From a virus (lineage: Duplodnaviria; Caudoviricetes), in the IMG/VR virus record IMGVR_UViG_3300030380_000259, positions 1 through 55,909 of that record: a DNA stretch of 55,909 nt, one strand, 5' to 3'. Positions 25,148 to 34,954 of the stretch are shown in pieces. Each line of letters begins with the position of its first letter. The first letter of the stretch is position 1. The notes under the pieces were generated by a model. It saw only the letters and a list, made by a program, of their open reading frames with translations, had not been told where the DNA came from and did no database searches. A program made the translations under genes and the position numbers.

Positions 25148-25550
25148 AGATAGAAAGAAATTTGATATTGACTTAGCATATGGTGAAGTCAGAGAACAAC
25201 AGATAGCAGATATGCTAACTAATAAAAAGATAGAGGTAAAAAGTGAAAGAGATGTCTGGCAAAGAACTGGAAACATTGCTATTGAATACGAATGTTATGG
25301 TAAGCCAAGTGGAATCAACGCTACGGAATCAGATTACTGGTTTCATAATTTATGTATTGGCGAAGATACATTTGCTACGATTGTATTTGACACCAAGAGT
25401 TTAAGAAAGATAATTAGTAACCTAGATTATAAGAAGTCAGTATCTGGTGGAGATAACAATGCATCACGTTTGTATCTATTAAATCTACAGAAGCTATTTT
25501 CTTCTGATGTAATCAAAGCATTTAAAGGAAAAGAAAGTGACGTGGCTTGA
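25122..25550 (+). CDS. Restriction-endonuclease-fold protein (IEVK...TGNIAIE...SGI)
   Basis: E...EVK PD-(D/E)xK-like pattern. Confidence 0.6.
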   Translation: MKNLKPKTKDRKKFDIDLAYGEVREQQIADMLTNKKIEVKSERDVWQRTGNIAIEYECYGKPSGINATESDYWFHNLCIGEDTFATIVFDTKSLRKIISNLDYKKSVSGGDNNASRLYLLNLQKLFSSDVIKAFKGKESDVA

Positions 25551-25920
25551 ATATGAAATGCACAAATGGCAAGAGGAAAGGTATCCTAATATGCAACTAA
25601 ATGAATATCAAGATAAAGCTAGAGTATATGCTATCTATCCTGAAGACTACAGAATTACCTATCCAGCTTTAGGGCTGGTAGGTGAAGCAGGAGAGGTAGC
25701 AAATAAAGTTAAGAAAATTATGCGTGGTGATGTTAAACCTGAAGATATGGAACAAAAGAAACTAGAGGTTGCATCTGAGATAGGAGATGTATTGTGGTAT
25801 TGTGCCGCACTTGCACAAGACATAGGCATATCTTTATCTGTCATAGCTACACAAAACTTAGATAAACTTGAGAACAGGAAACAACGAGATGCTATTCACG
25901 GTGATGGGGATAATAGGTAA
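25537..25920 (+). CDS. mazG: MazG-like nucleotide pyrophosphohydrolase
   Basis: LGLVGEAGEVANKVKK, EIGDVLWY, NLDKL and GDGDNR motifs. Confidence 0.9.
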   Translation: MTWLEYEMHKWQEERYPNMQLNEYQDKARVYAIYPEDYRITYPALGLVGEAGEVANKVKKIMRGDVKPEDMEQKKLEVASEIGDVLWYCAALAQDIGISLSVIATQNLDKLENRKQRDAIHGDGDNR

Positions 25921-25950
25921 AAAAGAAGGGGCTTAATTGCCCCTTTATTC
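25919..25950. terminator. Bidirectional terminator between the converging arms
   Basis: AAGGGGC-TTAATT-GCCCCTT flanked by A- and T-rich tracts. Confidence 0.85.
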
Positions 25951-28900
25951 CGTATATACGTCTTCTAATACCTTACCTATATCAACTAGTATTGATAAGT
26001 CTTTGAAGTCCATACTATCAGGAACTTTATTATATCTCTTAAAAAATTCTAGTTGTGACTCTTCTCTTATACCGCTTGGTAAACGTCTATACTTTAACAT
26101 CGCATCAGCGTAGGCTGGAGCATCTGCAAAAAATACCTTTTCATCTGATACTTGGCTTCGTACTGTTTTAATTTGTTTGTCTAAAAAGTTTCTAATTTTC
26201 ATAGATACATAGGCTTCTTCACTATATTCTTGTTTTAATTCATCACTAGATATTTGATACTGTGACCTGAGTGCGTCTTCATAATCTTGTGCTTCTTCCA
26301 CTATCATAGGTAATGCATCTCTAACAACTTTATTTTCAAATGTTTTTATTCCCGGAACCCTAGATTTACTACTTAATTCATACTCAGTAAAACCAAAACT
26401 AGCTATGTATTCACCAAAAGGTTCATCACGAGTAGTAATATTAAGACCACCAAGCACACGAAGTATAGGAGCAACACGTTCTTTTCTTTCAGCAAATAAA
26501 AATTCTTTAGAGGGTCTTTGAAACTCTCTACTAGGTGATTCAAATCTTCCAAATGACTTACCCAGTTCACCAAAAAAAGCAGATTGAAAATCTAAGGTAG
26601 GGTCTTTACCTCTTTCTTTAAAATCTGTAGGACGCATACCGAAAGACCGTTCAGCTTCTATAACTTGACCATAAGGAACAGCCCAAGTAGATAGATAGTT
26701 TCCTAGAAGTCTACCAGTTCTTCTTCCTAAAACCTCATCACCAACTAAATCTTTAGTAGATGCTATATCAACTACCTCGTCTATGAGAGTATTACCTACT
26801 CCTGTTCTAACATTAGTGCCTAAAAAAGTTTCTCTCATCTCTCTGTCATCGTACCAATCTCCGTAAGTACCATTTATAAGACGCTTCATTGCTTCTCCCA
26901 TCCATAAAAACTGTCTTACTGGAAATTGTGGTGTGGTATCTATTTCTGAATTATCCCCAGTTACTAGCATTTTGTAATCGCTGGGAGCATCATCCATTGT
27001 TCTATATTGATATGCAGCACCCACTGTAGCTAGACCTATAAGGTTACGAGATATTCTCTGTCTATCTTTGAATGTATATTTTTTAATTTCTCCCCTACCA
27101 AGTAAACTTATGAGTCTTTTAGTCAACGGTATAGATGCACCTGCCGCATATTGACCCATAAGTTCCATACTATTAAACATAAAACGTGGAAAAGGTAAGG
27201 CAACTGTTAAGCCATTACGAACAATAAATTGAGATGTAGCCCTAAAAATCTCTACATCAGGTGCTTTAGCGTATGTCACATCTAATGCTTTTGTTGTTGC
27301 CTCTGCTATAATGTCATTAAATGACCTAGCATCTTTAGGTTTTACAGTACCTGCATCATTTAAAAGGTCACGTATTTTTCCTTTATTTATTGTGTCTATT
27401 AAATCAATTTTATATTCACGTTTTACTAATCTTTCTAACTCACCTAAAAACGCACCTCTACGTATTAGATGTTCTTGCCATCTGTTAGGTGTATTAAGAA
27501 CATCCATAGCATCTTCAAGTTCAGTAAGAACTTTATCTGTTCTACTACCAGTGCCACGTCCTGTCATCTTCTGTATTTCATTTATGTTATTAAACATAAG
27601 GTCATACTGTTTTTCTAACCCATCTTGCTTCAATATAAAATCTACATATTCTTTTACATCCATAGATGTTTCAGGACCGAACATATATTTCATATGTCTA
27701 AAACTGTCTTTCCAATTACTACCTGAAAATAAAGATTTACCTGCGGCTCTATAACCCTCTTCTGATAAATTGTATAAGGCAGTATCCATAACATTACCTA
27801 AACCTTCAAGTGGCGCACGGATACCACCTGATGTAAGGTTACGTGCGGCAGTAGCCACCTGAGATACTAGTCCTGCTCTTCTTACATTTTCTGTTCTCAT
27901 TATAAATTTACGTATAGCACCCTGTGCTTCTTTTGTAGCCGCTTCTTGTAGTGCAATCATCTCATTAGCAGGACGCATACGTTTTATTTGAGACAACTTC
28001 TGTAATGTTTTACCTGCCTCTGAACCAGAACCTACCACAGTAAGTATATAGTCTTCAAAAGATAGATTATATTTATTAAGAAGGTCTATTAGTTCTTCAC
28101 CTTTAACAAGCTCTTTATTAAGTGTTAATTCAAATAGATTATCTATAACTGTTTTATTATTGTCAAAGGCTGTAGGTTTTAACTCTTTTAAATCTGCAAC
28201 TGCCGCTACTAAAGCATCAAACTTTTCAGGTTTAAGTAATGGTTGTGTTAGTGTATCTCCTTGCCCTGCTAACAAAGCGGCATCCGCATCTATATCTGCA
28301 CTACCTAGTAGAAAATTTTTAACACCCTTTCGACTTGCTGTAACTATTTCTTCAGCAGTTTCTACTCCTGCCTCTCTGGTTTTTGATTCATTAATAACTT
28401 TTAAACCATCTTCCCCTGTATCAGATATAATCTTACCTGTTTTATTTTCAAAGGAATCTATTAAATCACTAGCAATATCACGGTTTTCAGAGGCTACTTT
28501 AGATGCTAACTCAGCTTTTGCATCGATATCTGCATCTGTATTTATCATAGCTTGTTTTGCGTTTAACTTTCTATTTAAATATTTTTGTAGTGCTTGTTCT
28601 GATTTTATCTCTTTCTTTAACTCTTTAAGAGTTCTTTTTGATGTGTTACCTGCTAAACCAAAGGTAGAACCAACGGCAGGAACAGCCTCTGCCATTTCTA
28701 ATAATGCTCCTAAATCACCAGCAAACTTTTTACCTGCTGTCTTAGGGTCAAACGGCAACATCTCTTTGCCTGTCATACCAAAGAGTTTATTATCTTCCGT
28801 AAATGTTTCGTGAATAGCACGAGTGATAGCTTCTCCTGAATCTTTCGCAGTTTCTTCTATCCCAGCAACAGCAGATATTAAAGTTTCTAAACCTGCATTA

Positions 28901-29409
28901 CCAGTAGCGGCTATTACTTTTGCTATTGTTTTTAATCCTGTCGGTGCTTTGTCAACAAAATCTTGAGCATCAATTATATCTGCTTCTGATAATAATTTAT
29001 CTATTTCTTTTTTATCTTCATATCCAAACAGTTTATCCGTCTGCTCTTCTACAGTAGGTTGGTCAAAGTCAAGAACAAGTTTAACATTAGCAGGGTCATT
29101 GGGGTCATCACTTACAGGTACACTAGGAACATACTTATAACCAACAGGAACTTTCCCTGTGCGTATATAAAATGCTTCTGGTGATTCGTCTATTTCGGGT
29201 ACATCTGTTACCACTATCTCATCTACTGCTGTAGCAGGAGTGTTGTCAGGGGTAGCATCATTTAAAAAAGTAGTATTACTTTCTATCTCATCTAGTTGTT
29301 TAGATAAATTATTAGTATCTACTCTATCTAAATTAGAAGAAGATACAGAAGATGTCTCCTCTTCTTCTAAAGCAGAAAGTTGTCTTAAATAATTATTGCT
29401 ATCTGTCAT
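25945..29409 (-). CDS. Large internal virion / ejection protein
   Basis: 1154 aa, helical; last gene of the structural arm. Confidence 0.65.
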   Translation of the reverse strand: MTDSNNYLRQLSALEEEETSSVSSSNLDRVDTNNLSKQLDEIESNTTFLNDATPDNTPATAVDEIVVTDVPEIDESPEAFYIRTGKVPVGYKYVPSVPVSDDPNDPANVKLVLDFDQPTVEEQTDKLFGYEDKKEIDKLLSEADIIDAQDFVDKAPTGLKTIAKVIAATGNAGLETLISAVAGIEETAKDSGEAITRAIHETFTEDNKLFGMTGKEMLPFDPKTAGKKFAGDLGALLEMAEAVPAVGSTFGLAGNTSKRTLKELKKEIKSEQALQKYLNRKLNAKQAMINTDADIDAKAELASKVASENRDIASDLIDSFENKTGKIISDTGEDGLKVINESKTREAGVETAEEIVTASRKGVKNFLLGSADIDADAALLAGQGDTLTQPLLKPEKFDALVAAVADLKELKPTAFDNNKTVIDNLFELTLNKELVKGEELIDLLNKYNLSFEDYILTVVGSGSEAGKTLQKLSQIKRMRPANEMIALQEAATKEAQGAIRKFIMRTENVRRAGLVSQVATAARNLTSGGIRAPLEGLGNVMDTALYNLSEEGYRAAGKSLFSGSNWKDSFRHMKYMFGPETSMDVKEYVDFILKQDGLEKQYDLMFNNINEIQKMTGRGTGSRTDKVLTELEDAMDVLNTPNRWQEHLIRRGAFLGELERLVKREYKIDLIDTINKGKIRDLLNDAGTVKPKDARSFNDIIAEATTKALDVTYAKAPDVEIFRATSQFIVRNGLTVALPFPRFMFNSMELMGQYAAGASIPLTKRLISLLGRGEIKKYTFKDRQRISRNLIGLATVGAAYQYRTMDDAPSDYKMLVTGDNSEIDTTPQFPVRQFLWMGEAMKRLINGTYGDWYDDREMRETFLGTNVRTGVGNTLIDEVVDIASTKDLVGDEVLGRRTGRLLGNYLSTWAVPYGQVIEAERSFGMRPTDFKERGKDPTLDFQSAFFGELGKSFGRFESPSREFQRPSKEFLFAERKERVAPILRVLGGLNITTRDEPFGEYIASFGFTEYELSSKSRVPGIKTFENKVVRDALPMIVEEAQDYEDALRSQYQISSDELKQEYSEEAYVSMKIRNFLDKQIKTVRSQVSDEKVFFADAPAYADAMLKYRRLPSGIREESQLEFFKRYNKVPDSMDFKDLSILVDIGKVLEDVYTE

Positions 29410-30959
29410 TACTGATACCTAGTACCTGTCCATAAAGTTGTTATAGTTGCACCATTAGCATTTTTATATTGAACTATATCACCTGCTTTTAAATTATTTA
29501 CAAATGCATCACTAACAGCTTCTTCTTTATTAGCTACTTGTTTTAGTTTACCAGAAAATGCTTGGTCACGTGAGCTTCGATAAATTTCAAGTAAAGATTT
29601 TTTATAATTTTTTACATCTAAAGCAAGATTTTTTTCTCTTTCTTTTAAAGCTGCTTCCATCCTTTCATCGTCATAAGCGGCTGTAGAAACTCGCACTTGG
29701 TCAAAAGCACGTGCCATTCGGTCATAAAATTCTGTTTCATTACCTTTTATTTGATACTCTATTTTATCTCCAATCTCTTTTACTAAACCAACAGGTTGTA
29801 ACAAGGACTTAATATTCTTTTCAAATATGACTTCAATAGTGCTATCACCAAAAGCTGATTTATATCCTGTATCTCCTGTAGTTGTTTTAGCAACTTCAAG
29901 CCTTTTTAAAGCATTTAAAGCATATGCTTGTGTTGCTTGAGCTTCAGCAAGTTTTTGTTCATCTGCAGGAGTCAATGTTTGTCCTATATATTTAGCTTCT
30001 TGTTGAACAGCATTAGCGAACATTAGTTCTAACGTGGCAAATTCTGGGTCATTGATACGTTTATCTCTTTGATACTCCGCTTCCTCAATACTTAATCCTT
30101 GAAGTTTTAATACTCCTGCTTGTTTTTCTGCCTCTCTTTTGTTAGCGGCTACTGCTAAAGCAAGTCTTTGGTCTTCTCTAGCTTGCGCTAAATCAGCACG
30201 AGCATTTTCTATTTCTTGTTGACTTGCGTTTTCGGCATCTAAGCGTTTAAGTCTTTCCTGCTGAAAAGTAACATTATCCATAGACTGTCTAATTTGTTTT
30301 TGAGATAAGTCAAATGCTTCCCCTTCTCTGTCAAATCTAGTATCGTCTTGTTCTCTTTCTTTAAGTATTCTTTCTCTTTCAACGGCTGTGAACATTTTAC
30401 CTCTATCAATACTAGCACCAGAAACATCAAATGCTTCCTTAGTTTGGTCGCCTATAGGTGCGGCTTCTTCAACTTGAGCCATTACTTTTTTAGAGGTATC
30501 AGGTCTAAATAAAGCACCGTATAAACCAGAGGCTTGTGCCTCATCTTTAGCTATAGGAAGAGTACTAATAGGTGTTACAAACTTAGAAATATAATCAGTC
30601 ATACTTCCCGGCTCTGTTCTTGTGCTTGCAAAATCTACTATTGTATTAATATCTATCTTATTATCCGCACTGAGTTTTAATTCATTGTAGAGTGCATTTG
30701 CACCCTCTACAGTTTGCCCACCTGAAACATATAATTGTGCGCCTTTGTCTATATCACCACCCACTAAAGTAGCAAGTTTATTGATACTATCTTGTATTTC
30801 TTTCTTTTCTTTTTCTTGTGCTTCTAAGGAGGCACGTCTACGTGTAACTCTATATTGAGCCATGCCATCTATACGTTCTTGTGTACGTTGCATATCTTTT
30901 TTAAGTTGGTCATCAACTGAACTGGCTAAACCTGTTACTAATCCTGTTAAAAATGCCAT
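29409..30959 (-). CDS. Putative internal virion protein
   Basis: MAFLTGLVTGLA amphipathic N-terminus, coiled coils, position in the arm. Confidence 0.6.
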   Translation of the reverse strand: MAFLTGLVTGLASSVDDQLKKDMQRTQERIDGMAQYRVTRRRASLEAQEKEKKEIQDSINKLATLVGGDIDKGAQLYVSGGQTVEGANALYNELKLSADNKIDINTIVDFASTRTEPGSMTDYISKFVTPISTLPIAKDEAQASGLYGALFRPDTSKKVMAQVEEAAPIGDQTKEAFDVSGASIDRGKMFTAVERERILKEREQDDTRFDREGEAFDLSQKQIRQSMDNVTFQQERLKRLDAENASQQEIENARADLAQAREDQRLALAVAANKREAEKQAGVLKLQGLSIEEAEYQRDKRINDPEFATLELMFANAVQQEAKYIGQTLTPADEQKLAEAQATQAYALNALKRLEVAKTTTGDTGYKSAFGDSTIEVIFEKNIKSLLQPVGLVKEIGDKIEYQIKGNETEFYDRMARAFDQVRVSTAAYDDERMEAALKEREKNLALDVKNYKKSLLEIYRSSRDQAFSGKLKQVANKEEAVSDAFVNNLKAGDIVQYKNANGATITTLWTGTRYQ

Positions 30960-31441
30960 TATGCTCTCCGTGCCATTAATCCTGTAGGCTCTTCTGGTGT
31001 CTCTTCTACTACAGGTTCTTCTTCTACAGGCTTACCTGCTTTTTCTTTCATCTGTGTACGTATATTCTCTAATATAGCTTCGTTTGTTTTATTATCTTTT
31101 ACATCTGTTAGACCATCATCGTAGTCTATACCTTCTTGTTCAGCTATAAACATTATAACCTCAACGATTAAAGGTAACACAAGCATCCCTACATCAATGC
31201 TGTGTTTACCATCCATGATACTACCCATCTGAATAGTATTTGCTAGAGATGTAACAGGTATACCCATCTTGAGTATCTCTACTATCTGTTCTGTAGCTTC
31301 AGGAGTAGATAGACGTGAGCTATAATAGTCAACTGCTTCATCTACAGTACTATATTGAGGTGGACTTTGCCAAGGTCTAGCCCCTAGCTCATGTGTTAAA
31401 GCCTGACCCGGAATAGGTGCATCAAGTAAAGGTTCATCCAT
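30959..31441 (-). CDS. Conserved hypothetical protein (DAPIPGQ.LT...PW..PP)
   Basis: Conserved-looking motif; GLMAR C-terminus. Confidence 0.75.
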   Translation of the reverse strand: MDEPLLDAPIPGQALTHELGARPWQSPPQYSTVDEAVDYYSSRLSTPEATEQIVEILKMGIPVTSLANTIQMGSIMDGKHSIDVGMLVLPLIVEVIMFIAEQEGIDYDDGLTDVKDNKTNEAILENIRTQMKEKAGKPVEEEPVVEETPEEPTGLMARRA

Positions 31442-31634
31442 TTTTCAACATCTCTCTTTGTTTTCTATAAATTAACATGTGTTGGGCTACCCTAAAAGCA
31501 GGTTCTGAAGAAGCACCGCTAGGCATAGACATAGAGTTTCTTTTAGATAACAAACCTTTTGTTTCTTCTTGTACAGGTTTTAGTTTATCTATATCCATGT
31601 TACTATATAATTCTCTTGCTGGATTATTAATCAT
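31434..31634 (-). CDS. Hypothetical protein
   Basis: GAGG RBS; operon packing. Confidence 0.65.
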   Translation of the reverse strand: MINNPARELYSNMDIDKLKPVQEETKGLLSKRNSMSMPSGASSEPAFRVAQHMLIYRKQREMLKNG

Positions 31635-31643
31635 ATCTACCTC

Positions 31644-33560
31644 TTAAAATTTTGCACCTATCCAAGCAGAACCAAGTGTACCTATAAGGCTACCAATAGC
31701 TGACCCTGCCGCAGTTTGACCTGCTTGTTTTGCAGTCTTAGCACGTTGGTCTGCATTTAATTGCGCTATTGCCATATCTGCATATCTATTTAATTCATTC
31801 TCTGCAGATGTCCAAGCCCATTCCATAGTGTCTGCATAATAACCCCACAAATTATTATAGGCTTGATTAGATATATCAAGTATAGCTTTAGCATTTAATT
31901 CATTAGCACGATTGATTGCGGCAGTATCTGCGGTAGCTATTTCTCTTCTCCACTGTGCGTTGCTCTGTGCTATAACAAGTTGGTTCTGTGCATTAAACTG
32001 GTCACGTTGATTTGCAATCTCTTGATTAAATCTTTCTACTGTATTAATCTGACCTGCATTAAACTGTGCTTGTGCATTTGCTTGTGATGCATTGAACTGA
32101 GAAGTCTGTGATTGCAAGTTAGCAAAGAACTGGTCTGTTTGATTTTGAGAAGAAGCATTAAACTGATTAGCCGCATTTACTGCCGCTTGGTCTGTAAATA
32201 AAGATTGAATACGAGACTGTGCTTTAAACATCTCTGTTTGCTGTCTATTAGATAGATTAGCCATGTCCATCTGCATGAAGTTTTGTGCGTTCATTACAGA
32301 CGCTTGCTGTCTATTAGATAAGTTTGCCATGTCTAACTGCGATAAAGCCGCAGCTTCAGCCATTACTAAGGCTTGCTGATTGCTCAGGTTTTGTAAGTTC
32401 ATTGTGTTAGCAATACGGCTATTCTCTAATGCAACCTGTTGTTCAGCAGTAAAGTTCATATTAGCTACATCAGCAATACGTCCTGCATTTTGCACACGTG
32501 CTTGAAACTCTTGGTCAAACTCCATGCCCATAAATGTAGCACGTTGCTGTGCGGCAAGCATGTTACGTTGCTGTCTGTTTGATAAGTTTTGTGATTCAAA
32601 TTGTGCTACTGTAGATGCATCAGCTTGTGCTATAGGTATAGCTGATTCCATAGCCGCTTGAATAACAGCTTGACCTGCTATGGAAGATGCTCCTAAACCA
32701 CGAGATGCTAACATACTATTTGCTTTACGCATAGCACCTGCCGCCCATGCTGGTGTATTACCGCCTTCAAAATCCTGCATTAAACTATCTAGCTGTCCTT
32801 GCACCGTAGCTTTTTGTGTAGGTGTAGCTTGAGCCGCTTGTATTTCTTCTGTAAACTTAGCCGCTTTCTGTGCATCTGCCGCACCTGTGATAAGTTCACC
32901 TTCTTCTATCTCACGTTGTACAGGATTATCCATAAGTATTCCTGCACCTTGTGCCGCACTTAAATCACCTACAGAACTTTTTGCTTGTTGTGATGCTACT
33001 ACCTCTGCACGTGGGTCAACTGTTCCTTGTGCGGCTTGTGTTGCTTGTAATGCTGTATCCACATCTTCTTTAGATGTCTCTGCTTCTACAGTTTGTGGTG
33101 CTTTCTCTTTTACTGTATCTGCCTGAGTAACACCTGCTACAGCAGTATCAATAGGGTTAATTGTACCAAGCTGACCTGTGCCAGTAGTTAATTCTGTGCC
33201 TGTTGGAACTGCACCTGATGGGTTCATTATCTGTGCGGCATCTACTTTACCACCTGTAGGCACACCGGGCTGTGTCATTCTTTGTACAGTTATATCACCT
33301 ATGTTTGGTGATGGTGGTGTAGTTTCTTCTGCTGGTTGTTCTGTAGTTTCTGTAGGTGTGGTTGTACCGCCCTCTTGTAGTTTAACAACAACACCACCTT
33401 TTGCCATCTGTTGTGCCTGTTTAACAAAGTTATTCATTTGCATTTGTTTAGCAGGATTTGCTCCAAGAAACTTATCAAAATTTTCCATGTCTCCTTGATA
33501 ACCCATAGCACGTGCTATCTTTGCCATACCACTAGGTTTAAATGCTTTGAACATAGCCAT
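31644..33560 (-). CDS. Gln/Asn/Ala-rich internal virion (DNA pilot/ejection) protein
   Basis: NLSNxQQ and QFNA repeats; Gly/Ala hydrophobic C-terminus. Confidence 0.7.
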   Translation of the reverse strand: MAMFKAFKPSGMAKIARAMGYQGDMENFDKFLGANPAKQMQMNNFVKQAQQMAKGGVVVKLQEGGTTTPTETTEQPAEETTPPSPNIGDITVQRMTQPGVPTGGKVDAAQIMNPSGAVPTGTELTTGTGQLGTINPIDTAVAGVTQADTVKEKAPQTVEAETSKEDVDTALQATQAAQGTVDPRAEVVASQQAKSSVGDLSAAQGAGILMDNPVQREIEEGELITGAADAQKAAKFTEEIQAAQATPTQKATVQGQLDSLMQDFEGGNTPAWAAGAMRKANSMLASRGLGASSIAGQAVIQAAMESAIPIAQADASTVAQFESQNLSNRQQRNMLAAQQRATFMGMEFDQEFQARVQNAGRIADVANMNFTAEQQVALENSRIANTMNLQNLSNQQALVMAEAAALSQLDMANLSNRQQASVMNAQNFMQMDMANLSNRQQTEMFKAQSRIQSLFTDQAAVNAANQFNASSQNQTDQFFANLQSQTSQFNASQANAQAQFNAGQINTVERFNQEIANQRDQFNAQNQLVIAQSNAQWRREIATADTAAINRANELNAKAILDISNQAYNNLWGYYADTMEWAWTSAENELNRYADMAIAQLNADQRAKTAKQAGQTAAGSAIGSLIGTLGSAWIGAKF

Positions 33561-33562
33561 AA

Positions 33563-33793
33563 TTATTTCCTATCTAATGCTCTATCTAATTTATCTTCTA
33601 CTCTGTGTAATGCTTCCATAACTCTATCCATATCATCACGAACTTCCATCTTAGTTGCGTAGTCTTCACGAGTTTTATTTAATAATATCTGTAATCGTTT
33701 TACTTCTGCAAACATCTGACGAAATGCCCAGAACACAGGGGCAATAACCATTGTTAGAACTACATTCCAAAATAACATAGGGTCTATTGTCAT
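33563..33793 (-). CDS. Small TM + coiled-coil protein
   Basis: WNVVLT...LLNKTREDY...KLD; GGAG RBS before ATG 33793. Confidence 0.75.
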   Translation of the reverse strand: MTIDPMLFWNVVLTMVIAPVFWAFRQMFAEVKRLQILLNKTREDYATKMEVRDDMDRVMEALHRVEDKLDRALDRK

Positions 33794-34263
33794 GTTGATA
33801 TCTCCACAGCTATAAGAGAACAATTTCTTATGTCAAAAACAATCGGGGATACATCTAAATCATTAGAGGTAACAGTATAAGTTACAGAAGAAGTAGTATT
33901 TGGTTGGTCTACATATTGAGTAGATAAATGATAATACCAAGGGTCTGCTGAACCTGAATTAACAAAACCTCCAGAACGCAACTCTCTTAGACTTCCTGAT
34001 AATTCTGTTCCATCTCTTTTTAATGCAATTTGTCCTCTATTAGTTCTTTCTTGTTCATCAGGAATACTACCAGAAGTGCTAGGTGTTACATGCGATATTT
34101 CCATACTAGTAAGTAATAAAATTTTTGCGCTAGTTGTTGAGGGTGTAATTGTTACAGTTGCTCTAGTAACATGTGAACCATATGTAGTTGTTGATGTAGA
34201 ACTACCTACTTGGTTAAAACCTGTTGTATTATTTACACCTCTGCTACTTAATGATATTGGCAT
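33790..34263 (-). CDS. Tail-fibre-associated protein
   Basis: TITPSxTSxKIL...DxPxTTSxVTY domain common at fibre ends. Confidence 0.65.
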   Translation of the reverse strand: MPISLSSRGVNNTTGFNQVGSSTSTTTYGSHVTRATVTITPSTTSAKILLLTSMEISHVTPSTSGSIPDEQERTNRGQIALKRDGTELSGSLRELRSGGFVNSGSADPWYYHLSTQYVDQPNTTSSVTYTVTSNDLDVSPIVFDIRNCSLIAVEIST

Positions 34264-34264
34264 A

Positions 34265-34954
34265 CTATGTCTTTCTTCCGTTATAAAAATTAGTTAATGC
34301 TAATTTACCACTAGTAGGAACATTAGTATTTACAGGAATAGTATAAGATATATTAAAATCTCCTGTAGGAGAAACTGCCTGACTTGAAGTGTTTCCTATA
34401 GTAGTGCTTTCTATTGTTGCATCATATCCTGTGTTATTTGTAAAAGTATAAACTAAACTTGATTGAGTGTAAAAATATCTCAACCTTACACTAACATTTT
34501 GACCTGCATTTGTAATAGTGTAAGGACCAATACCAATAGGTAGAGATGATTGACTGTTTTGTACAGAAAAGCTACTAGAACCACTTGAACCTGTAACATT
34601 AACATATATGCCAGAGCTTTGTGAATCATCATCTAAATTGTAAAGATTATTAGCAACAAAAGTATTACTGCTCGAATTACCAACACTTACACTTTGTCCT
34701 TGACTTAGACCACTAGTATTAGTAGGACCAACTTGACTAGTGGAAGTAGACCTAACATTTGTTAAACCCGTAACACCCCCAAAATCATTATATGTTCCAT
34801 TACTAGATGGAGCAGTTTGCGTTGCAGAACTTGTAAGTGTTGCTGGAACATTATCTCCACCTTTTAAATATTCTGACATAGAATGAGGAGCAGTGCCACC
34901 AAACTCTGTGGCTATTTGATTAAGAGATATTGCACCTGAACTTTGTAATGCCAT
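34265..34954 (-). CDS. Fibre-tip adhesin-like protein
   Basis: MALQSSGAISL..I..EFGG..PHSMSEY N-terminus and VPTSG...NFY C-terminus. Confidence 0.65.
   Translation of the reverse strand: MALQSSGAISLNQIATEFGGTAPHSMSEYLKGGDNVPATLTSSATQTAPSSNGTYNDFGGVTGLTNVRSTSTSQVGPTNTSGLSQGQSVSVGNSSSNTFVANNLYNLDDDSQSSGIYVNVTGSSGSSSFSVQNSQSSLPIGIGPYTITNAGQNVSVRLRYFYTQSSLVYTFTNNTGYDATIESTTIGNTSSQAVSPTGDFNISYTIPVNTNVPTSGKLALTNFYNGRKT

Noticed and set aside
28160-28813. Long antisense ORFs (also 4048-4548, 27311-27754, 35009-35440, 35834-36265, 53512-53919)
   Set aside because: They are shadows of well-supported opposite-strand genes, with no RBS and a composition mirroring the sense codons.
25945-29409. Virion-encapsidated RNA polymerase that could read the hairpins
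   Set aside because: No DxDGD or T7/N4-type polymerase motifs are recognisable by eye; only a structure search could exclude it fully.
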